Shown piece after piece: positions 55,222 to 64,000 of a stretch of DNA of 64,000 nucleotides. Within the stretch, counting starts at the first letter, position 1, and each line of letters starts with the position of its first letter. The stretch spans positions 20,956,001 to 21,020,000 of the forward strand of contig NC_043000.1 in the NCBI RefSeq assembly GCF_006345805.1, in the 5' to 3' direction. The notes under the pieces were generated by a model. The model made no database searches. It was not told the DNA's origin and saw only the letters and a program-made list of their open reading frames with translations. A program made the translations under genes and the position numbers. This stretch comes from Octopus sinensis (lineage: Eukaryota).

Positions 55222-55680
55222 GTAATAATAATAATGAAATTATTGTATACACTGCTCTGGTGCACCACAACTTGTCAAAAGTGCGTATAAAGTATAAGCA
55301 GTAATGTACAAATGTCTGGAAAGCGAACAGTGTATGAGTTAGATACATGCTTGTGTGTGTATGGAGGGGGGAAAATCAGGTGTAGTGTTGACGAATCTCA
55401 GGAAGCATGGAAGTTTTGAAGGATGTAGTGTTCCGACAACTAACAACTGATGCCTGCAGTTTGTTCCATACTTCAGCAACTCTTAGCATGAAAAAATGTT
55501 TCCGAAAGTCATGGGAGCTGTGCTGTTTTCTGACTTTGTAAACATGTCCACGGGTGTTAGACAGATGGAGTTTGGAAAGGTGCTCAGAGTTATTGTTTGT
55601 AAGATGGTTAATAATTTTATGGGTGTCTGCCAAGTCAGCTGCCAGACGTCGGAGTTTCAATGTGTCCATGTCCAGGGAAG
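55222..55680 (-). mobile_element. CR1/L2-group LINE 3' fragment
   Basis: Reverse match to 8450-8900; ORF 55376..55669. Confidence 0.88.
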
Positions 55681-57134
55681 TAATATATTTTGGGATATAA
55701 AAACTCCTTTTTCAGATATTGCTAGGAATATCTGAAGGAATTTTTCTATTCTGAAATATTATATTAGACTATGAATAATTAAATTATTTATAATGGTTAT
55801 TATAGTCCACTTTGCATTGTTGTGCCATTCGAGACACATTACATTTCACAGACAATACACAAGGCTTCCAGTGAACTACAATACCCTCTTATCATTATTT
55901 TTTTGTATTTCAAGGGACTAATTTAGAATTAATTTGAAATTTCCCTTTGAGTCAGTGGTGAATCATATAATAAATGTAAAAAACGTTCCCACCTCTCAAC
56001 AAAAACCATCTAACTCAGATTTTTCTCCTTTATATATATATACATATCAACAAAATAAGTCTTGAAATAATCCAATATAATCACTATACAACACATTTTG
56101 TTCTTTTTTTTTTCTTGAGAATGACTAAATTTATATATAATATATATTTAGTTTTATTTGTTTAAGGTTCACATACTCCATATGTACTCAGAGTTTCATA
56201 TGGAGAGAAACATTTGACTGTATATGAATAAATAAACCCTACATGTACTGAGTAATCTTTTTTCTCATTTGCATTGCTAAATACACACGCACACACACAC
56301 ACACAATAGTGTAGGATAAGTATATTAATCATGAGAAAATTTTCGGATAGAAATTTTTGCATTTTATTAATGCATTACTACACATGTTTCTGTATAACAT
56401 GTGTTTGTGACTACATTCTTACATCCATAGGATATTAAAACATAATATCCCTTGGGTGTGTCTTCCCAAGCACAGCAAACTACTGGGTGTCTCGGTCCCC
56501 TGTCATCCACTCTGTAGATCCTTTCTCACCACTTTGTTCCACATTTTCCTGGGTCTACCCCTTCCACATGTTCCCTTTACAATTAAAGATTGGCACCTCT
56601 TGATGCAACTGTCTTCATTCATATGCATCGCACGACCATACCAGTGCAGTCGTCTCTCTTGCACATTACATCTGATGCCTCATATGCCCAGTTTTTGTCT
56701 CAAATCACTTATACTCTGTCATATATGCACACTGACGTTACCCATCCAGTGGCGCATACTGAATTCATTTCTTTCATGCCTTCGCATATCCCCAGTGCTC
56801 ATAACTCATGTCTCACTGCCATACAATCTGCCTTTCACTCTGTGGGAGAGGCCCTTCATTATGAACAGAGATAGTCACTCTCTTAACTTCACCCAGCCTA
56901 TTCTTATTCATGCAGCTATGCTTTCAGAACAATCTCCTCCACTACTAACATGGTCACCTAAGTAACAGAAATTGTCTGCTACTTCTAAGGATACCCCATA
57001 GCATTTGGGGAAGTCTATTTTTTTGTACATTCCTGGTGTTTAATGTACCAGTACAGCTGTCACATGTAAAGACTACTTTCTATGTTAGTCTTCTAGTGAT
57101 ACCATTGCACCTCTTATGCATACTCCATATGGAA

Positions 57135-57705
57135 TCTGTATATATAAAAGGCAGGATGTGTGTGTGTACGTGAATGTAATTTATGCACGTCCACAAATTA
57201 GCACGCATGTCACTCCAATTTTAGGAGGATATTCATCATGAGCCTAGCTATATTTTAGTCAACTTATTTTTACCAGAAGCACCAGCGAATACCTGTAAAA
57301 ATAAATTTTCAACCAAAACTTTTAACAATTTTCAAGTAGGAGAAATCACCATTGTTTGCAAACAGGAGTTAAGTCCCCTTCTAGTGACTAGTAAGTTTTT
57401 TTAAGACTTTTGTTGTTTTTTTTTCCATCAAAGAAAAAAGTGTTTTGTTGATATACGGGCAACACACACACACACATACACACACGAACATGTATGAGTA
57501 CAAAAGATGTATGCAATAGGTGTACGTACGTACGTGTGTGTGTGTTGCTCATATATATATATATATATGTATGTATGTATAAACCAATTTCAACAGATTT
57601 CATCCAAATTTGATGTCGATGTTACTTAGTTTGGTTTGAAATAAAGAACTTGATTAGCTTAATAATCCTAACTTGATCCCGGGCAAAGCCGGGTTATACT
57701 GCTAG
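57135..57705 (+). mobile_element. Non-autonomous Helitron
   Basis: A|TCTGTATATATAAAAG ... CCCGGGCAAAGCCGGG hairpin ... CTAG|T; no TSD; host RTE sequence resumes on both sides. Confidence 0.8.
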
Positions 57706-58866
57706 TACACAATATGGAGTTTCCCCCAACCCCTTAGCTACATACCAAGCAGTACCATCTCCCTGAAGGGATCTGTGATTTGTCTATTTTCCTACTGATC
57801 AAGACTTTGGTATTTGCTAAATTAATTCTAAGACCCTCTGATTCTAGTTTGTACTTCCATACTTGAAATTTTTTCTCTAGTTCTGGTAGTGATTTAGCAA
57901 TAAGAACAAAGTCATCTGCATAGAGGAGCTCCCAAGGGCAGCCAGTCTAAAAATTCTTCAGTTATAATTGGAGGACTATGATAAACAAGAGAGGGCTAAG
58001 AACCAAACCCTGGTGGACTCCTACTTGTACACTAAACTCTGTTATACTCATCAGCAACTCTCACATTACCGACAACATCCTTATACATGGCTTGCACAAC
58101 TCTCACCAACCACTCATCTATCCCTAGCTTCCGCATTGCCCACCAGATAAGAGAGGGACCCTGTCAAAGGCTTTCTCCATGTCAACAAAAGCCAGATACA
58201 GAGGTTTATTCTGGGCCAAGTATTTCTCTTGAATTTGCTTCACCAGGAAGACAGCATAGGTGATGCTTCTCCCTGGCACAAATCCAAACTGCATCTCATC
58301 TATGCTAACTCTCTTCCTAATTAATTGAGCAATGACCCTTTCTGCAACTTTCATCACCTGGTCCAGCAATTTGATGCCACTATAATTATTTCTGTCTAAG
58401 GCATCACCCTTGCCTTTGTAGCAGTTGACTATAGTGTTGTTACACCAATCACCGGGTATGACTCCCTCATAGATGACCTGATTACCTATATGAGTGACCA
58501 GGTCATATCCCACTCCACCAGATTTTTTAAGCATCCCAGCAGTAATTCCTGATGGGCCAGAGGCTTTCCCTGTCTTCATATCCTTGTTTTATCAATTAAG
58601 CTAGTTAATGTTGGGTCCACATTAGGCAGGCTCTCTTTTCCCATACATTCTTTACATTTAGCAACTCTCATAGTGGCACTTCCAAGCCTCCTTCTTTGCA
58701 GGATCACTAGCAGCAAGTGAGCCATCATCCATGCAAACACATTTCTCTTCTACCATGTCATAATTTTCTCTTATACACTGTCATGCAATCTGAAACATTT
58801 GAAGCCCCTGGTCCTCACGTCACAGAACATTGACAAACTTCCACCTATCTGCTTCTCCCCTGACTA

Positions 58867-59226
58867 TCATCATCATCATTGTTTGACCGTGGTCGAGACA
58901 ATGGAATTTACTATGTTACGCCAGACTTCAAGGCCCATCATAGCATTACGGAGGTCCTGTTGCTGGATACCTGTATCCCTGGAGATTACATCAGGGTAGG
59001 AGAGTATGCGCCCTCTGGTATCGTGAGCAGATGGCTTCCAGAGGAGAAGAGTAGAAATTATCTCGTTTTCAGCTCTACAACAATGTCCAGCAAACTGGAC
59101 TCTTCTACCTTTCACAAGAGATGATACAGGTGGTATATATTTGTACTTTGGTTGGATGACGCTTCCACGAGAGATTTTGAGCTCTCATATGGAGGTGAGT
59201 GTAAGTTCCATCCAACCGCCTCTCAT
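58867..59226 (-). mobile_element. 3' fragment of a second RTE-like LINE family nested in the old RTE
   Basis: ORF 58876..59115 (RRVQFAGHCCRA...LLLWKP...RGR...W); (GAT)n tail; 11-bp TSD TCCCCTGACTA at 58856-58866 and 59227-59237. Confidence 0.82.
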
Positions 59227-59744
59227 TCCCCTGACTAGGTATACCTGTCTCCTAACCTCCCTCCTAGCAACTTGATATATTTCTCTACTACCACCATTCT
59301 TCCAGTCCTGTTCCTTCACTCTAACAGCTTGTCTACAACATCGTTCTATCACCACGTCACCCTGGGTCAGGTTGGGACTTTGCACCAGTCACAGATTTGG
59401 TCTGTGGCACTCAGCAAGCTGTCCTGCAGAAACTCCCAGTTGCCCTCTATGTTACAAGACTGTAGTTCCTCCTCATTCTCATTAGATTTCTCACTTAGGG
59501 TGTCCTATGATGGGCTTCTTTTCAGTTTCTGTCTACAAAATCCATTCACATGACTTTGGGTCACCTGAGACTATAGTAGAAGACACTTGCCTAAGGTGCC
59601 ATAACATCTATTTCCCATGCTGGTATGGATTAAAGACAGTCTGACAGGAGCTGGTAAGCTAGAGTACTGCGTCAAGCTCTATCTGCATTGGCATGGCTTT
59701 TATGCCCTTCCTAACACCAATATATATATATATATATATATATA

Positions 59745-60062
59745 GTGAAGGTGCGTGGCTTAGTGGTTAGGGCATTTGGCTCACAATCGTAAGGTCGTGA
59801 GTTCAATTCCCGGCGACGTGTTGTGTCCTTGAGCAAGACACTATATTTTACGTTGCTCCAGTTCACTCAGCTGGTAAGAATGAGTAGTACCTGTATTTCA
59901 AAAAAAGGCCAGCCTTGTCACAATCTGTGTCATGCTGAATCTCCCTGAGAACTACGTTAAGGGTACAAGTGTTCGTCGAGTGCTCAGCCACTTGCACATT
60001 AATTTCACGAGCAAGCTGTTCCATTGATCGTATCAGCTGGGACCCTCATTGTTGTAAAGGAC
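59745..60062 (+). mobile_element. tRNA-derived SINE
   Basis: A box TGGCTTAGTGG, B box GAGTTCAATTCC, body shared with 4337-4720; inserted next to (TA)n. Confidence 0.85.
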
Positions 60063-60195
60063 AGAGTGCTCCATATATATATATACACACACACACATAT
60101 ATATATACATATATCTATATATATAAATGCAAGTACATTTCGTTTTACAAATGGATGGAAGAAAACTCAATACACAAAGCAGAATATACATAATC

Positions 60196-60346
60196 TTTTA
60201 TTAGCTAATAATACTACAGGAGTTACTGAAGAGCCTAGAGTTTTTGTGCCAAGGTATTTTTGACAATTGGTTTGATAAGAGCCTTGACACAAAACTCTAG
60301 ACCCTTGAGTAACTCCTGTAGTACTACAGTATTATCAGCTAATAAA
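60196..60346. repeat. Imperfect inverted repeat (about 60-bp arms) in the putative CFAP20DC-like 3'UTR
   Basis: 60196-60254 pairs with 60282-60346 (one 8-nt bulge); 27-nt loop. Confidence 0.85.
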
Positions 60347-60659
60347 AAACTAAATATATATGTATGTAAGTAAGCATATACATCAATAAATTGATAATGA
60401 AAGATATATAAAACAGTAATTTGTACATCTTGGGACAATGATATATCACAGATAAATTAAACCCCAAATTACAGGTTAATAAAATACATGTATGCATACA
60501 TATGTAAGTATATGTGTGTGGTGAAATTTGTAAAAAAAGTAACTGTGAACATGTCCACACACATACGCGCACACACACACACACATACATATGCACACAC
60601 ACACACACATACACGTAATGCCCCAAGACACGTTGTCTACTATATAAAATCCTCCATTA

Positions 60660-60805
60660 TCATTTGAGTTCATAATATTTGTTTGTCTTGGGGTCATAGT
60701 AATAACCTAGAACAGGATCATATAACAAGTCCAGTTCTTCCTCGTTGCATTTATTGTTGGAATCAAATTTGCAACTGGTTCTTGGGAAATTCATCTGGCA
60801 TTGAT
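60660..60805 (-). CDS. Last coding exon of a CFAP20DC (C3orf67)-like gene; upstream exons not found in the window
   Basis: Acceptor CTCTCTTAACAG; (D)QCQMNFPRTSCKFDSNNKCNEEELDLLYDPVLGYYYDPKTNKYYELK* followed by a second stop. The acidic run plus LLYDPxLxxYxDPxTxKYYEL-COOH matches my recollection of the CFAP20DC C-terminus; needs BLASTP. Confidence 0.68.
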
Positions 60806-60950
60806 CTGTTAAGAGAGAAAAACAAATTATTGTTTAAAAATACATCAATATTTGTTGTTTACAATCTTCCCTGGCGTGATCTGTTGATAAAAGAAAATGG
60901 AAATATGCCGGATCAAGAGGACCTTTTAGCCTAATCAAGGGCATAAACAC

Positions 60951-61460
60951 ATGCCACCGGCACAGGTGCCAGGGGAGGCTGGCAGCGGCAACGATCAGTT
61001 GGTGCTTTTTATGTGCCACTGGCACAGAAGCCAGTCAAAGCGGCGCTGGCATCGGACACGTTCGGATGGTGCATTTTACGTGCCACCGGCACAGGTATCA
61101 CAACTACAATCAAATGGAAATTGCAGTTGTGATACCTGTGCCGGTGGCACGTAAAAAGCACCATCCATACGTGGCTGATGCCAGCACTGCCTTGACTGGC
61201 TTCTGTGCCGGTGACATGTAAAAAGCACCAACCGATCGTGGCCACTGCCAGCCTCCCCTGGTACCTGTGCCGGTGGCAAGTAAAAAGCACCCACTACACT
61301 CACGGAGTGGTTGGTGTTAGGAAGGGCATCCAGTTGTAAAAACACTGCCAGATCAAACTGGAGCCTGGTGCAGCCCCCTGGCTTCCCAGACCCCAGTCGA
61401 ACTGTCCAACCCGTGCTAGCATGGAAAACGGATGTTCAACGATGATGATGATGATGATGA
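60951..61460. repeat. RTE 3'UTR fragment with a 160-bp inverted duplication at its 5' end
   Basis: 60951-61110 is the reverse complement (about 90%) of 61120-61280; + copy ends in (GAT)n at 61440-61460. Confidence 0.85.
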
Positions 61461-62275
61461 CAACATACGGTCAAGAAGAGACAACCTCTCCAGTGCTGGA
61501 GCTTTGAAAAATACATCCTGTATGCTCTGTAAAGAAGTTGGTGTTAGGAAGGACATTTAGCTACAGAGGCCATACCAAAACAGATGTCTGCGCAAGATAT
61601 GGTCCTCCAATCTATTGATGATGTCACTATTGGCTTTTGGAACTTCACCTGTCACCACCACCTATTTTTGCTATGTCCGCCTCTGCTACTGACTGTCACT
61701 CCCTTCTCATCTCCACCCCAATAACTCTGTCTCTACCATGCTATTTCTATCCCTTTCATCCACCCCATCTCTTGATCACATTACCTAAGCAAAAGTACAC
61801 ATCTTAGGTTGCTGAGTACCTTCTATACATATAGAGTACAAAGTACCCACCCTCTTATGCTGGTACCATGTTGGAAAACTGTCCAATCACCATCACCCCT
61901 GCAAACTAGAGTGTTTGGTGAGCAAGCAGAGGTAAAATAAGGCAGAGATGTTCCTTAGTCCTGTTTCACTAAGGACTTGGCAACCTCTTTAGTGCTGGTA
62001 TTTTGAAAAATACACCCAGTGTACACTATGAAGTGAATGGCAAATGAGCAAAGAAAGCATAGGGTTGTAAGATTCCTTCAGTCCTGTCTTATTGAGAATT
62101 TATCAACTTCTCTAGTGCTGGTGCCACAAGAAAATGCCCCTAGCATACTTTGCAGAGTGACTGACAATAAAAAAGACGTCCAGCTATAAAAACCAAGCCA
62201 AAATAACACATGTAAGCAGCAGTCTATAAGAGCAGTAGTTCTCAGTAAGAAAGATCTCAGATCATAATAACCTAG

Positions 62276-62667
62276 GCACAGGAGTGGCTGTGTGGTAAGT
62301 AGCTTGCTAACCAACGACATGGTTCCGGGTTCAGTCCCACTGCATGGCACCTTGGGCAAGTGTCTTCTACTATAGCCTCGGGCCGACCAAAACCTTGTGT
62401 GTAGATTTGGTAGATGGAAACTGAAAGAAGCCTGTCGTACATATGTATATGTATATATATATGTGCTTGTGTGTCTGTGTTTGTCCCCCCAACATCACTT
62501 GACAGCTGATGCTGGTGTGTTAATGTCTCCGTAACCACATGGTTCTGGGTTCAGTCCCACTGCATGGCACCTTGGGCAAGTGTCTTGTACCATAGCCTCA
62601 GGCTGACCAAAGCCTTGTGAGTGGATTTGGTAGACAGAAACTGAAAGAAGCCCGTCGTATATATGTA
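62276..62667 (+). mobile_element. tRNA-derived SINE (400-bp family) with internal duplication
   Basis: Head and body, then a repeat of the AACCACATGGTT...GAAAGAAGCC segment. Confidence 0.8.
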
Positions 62668-64000
62668 TGTAGGTATTTCGTGTTGCAAGACAGTGTGTGA
62701 GAGAGAATCGTGATGTGGTAGGAGAGAAATGTGTTCGCATGGAGGATGGTTCACTTGCGCTAAATGAGGATGCAAAGAGAGAAGCTTGGAGACGCCACTA
62801 TGAAAGGTTACTGAATGAGGAAAATGAATGGGATAAAGAGAGTCTGCCGAATGTTGACCCTACAGAGGGACCAGCTATCCGAGTTGATAGTCCGTGGTAG
62901 CTAAGGCAATTAGAAGCATGAAGACAGGGAAAGCCCCAGGCCCATCAGGAATTACTGCAGAGATGCTCAAAATATCTGGCAGTGTCGGCTATAACCCAGT
63001 CACCCGTATAGTCAACCAGGTGATACACGAAGGAGTCATACCCAATGACTGGTGCAGCAGCATACTAGTCAACTGCTACAAAGGTAAAGGTGATGCCCTA
63101 GATACAAATAATTACAGAGGTATCAAGCTGTTGGATCAAGTAATGAAGGTTACGGAGAGGGTCATAGCCCAACTAATTAGAGAGAGAGTTAGTTTAGATG
63201 AGATGCAGTTTGGGTTCGTGCCAGGGAAAAGTACCACTGATGCTATATTCCTGGTAAGGCAGCTGCAGGAGAAATACCTAGCCAAAGATAAGCCTCTGTA
63301 CCTGGCTTTCGTTGACACGGAGAAAGCTTTTGATAGGGTCCCCCGATCCCTTATCTGGTGGTCAATGAGGAAACTAGGGATAGATGAATGGCTGGTGAGG
63401 ACTGTGCAAGCCATGTACAGAGATGCCGTAAGTAAGGTTAGGGTTGGCAACATGTACACAGAAGAATTCAAAGTAGAGGTTGGGGTCCACCAGGGTTCAG
63501 TACTCAGCCCCCTCCTATTTATCATAGTACTCCAGGCAATTACGGAGGAATTCAAGACAGGCTGTCCCTGGGAGCTCCTCTACGCTGACGACCTTGCTCT
63601 TATTGCTGAGTCACTATCAGAACTGGAGAAGTTCCAGGTGTGGAAGGAGGGTTTAGAATCAAGGGGCCTTAGAGTCAACCTAGCTAAAACCAAAGTACTA
63701 ATAAGTAGAAAGGTAGACAATCCACAATATCTTCAGGAAGATGGCCCTGCTCGATCTGTAGAAAAGGTTGTAGGTAGAAACTCTATAAGATGTACCCAGT
63801 GTAAGCTATGGACACATAAGAGGTGCAGCAATGTCAAAGGTAGGCTAACTGGGAAGATAGTTTTTGTATGTGGCAGATGCTCGGGAGCATTAACCTCCGA
63901 AAATCTGCAGAAAACAACTTCCGTCACTTTCCAGGGGGAAAAACTAGAAGTAGTTGATAGCTTCCGTTATCTAGGTGACCAAGTCAGTAGGGGGGTGGGT
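62668..64000 (+). mobile_element. 5'-truncated RTE LINE (RT + PHD finger), continues beyond the window
   Basis: Very similar to 470-1890 in reverse; LYADD and C4HC3 finger present; 1-nt deletion near 62890. Confidence 0.93.

Larger units (their letters stand above)
56455..59480 (-). mobile_element. Old degenerate RTE LINE with nested Helitron and nested second LINE
   Basis: RT and C-terminal pieces (ORF 58124..58579; 56455-57130; 59230-59480) colinear with the RTE at 1-3106 but riddled with stops. Confidence 0.85.

Noticed and set aside
61460-62270. Further upstream exons of the CFAP20DC-like gene
   Set aside because: No acceptor/donor pair with an open, recognisable frame found; upstream exons probably lie beyond position 64000.

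Overview
Eukaryotic genomic DNA, AT-rich and about two-thirds repeats. The RTE/CR1 LINE, tRNA-SINE, mariner and MITE families look like those I recall from Octopus (coleoid cephalopod); the species assignment is an inference. The main feature is a complete minus-strand nibrin gene (NBN/NBS1, MRN complex). I assembled it by hand from 17 GT-AG coding exons between 49809 and 6427 (2109 nt, 702 aa plus stop, all phases compatible). It encodes FHA, tandem BRCT, an SQ cluster, the NFKxFxK Mre11-binding motif and a C-terminal ATM-binding region. At the right end is the last coding exon of a minus-strand CFAP20DC(C3orf67)-like gene (60660-60805). The remainder is mobile DNA: a near-intact RTE LINE carrying an in-frame PHD finger, many truncated RTE copies and RTE 3'UTR fragments, CR1-like fragments, mariner/pogo/hAT/piggyBac-type MITEs, two small Helitrons, Penelope-like termini with minimal hammerhead-ribozyme motifs, and several SINE families. 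The most unusual structures are long, young, fold-back type inverted-repeat elements inside NBN introns (620-bp TIRs in intron 1; about 380 bp of nested palindrome in intron 5; 250-bp arms in intron 9). There are also two promoter-like islands (about 3.25-4.0 kb and about 54.1-54.3 kb) with no gene I can identify. No CRISPR, rRNA or true tRNA genes. I found no clear evidence of a wholly new multi-gene system; the candidates for novelty are the repeat architectures and orphan promoters.
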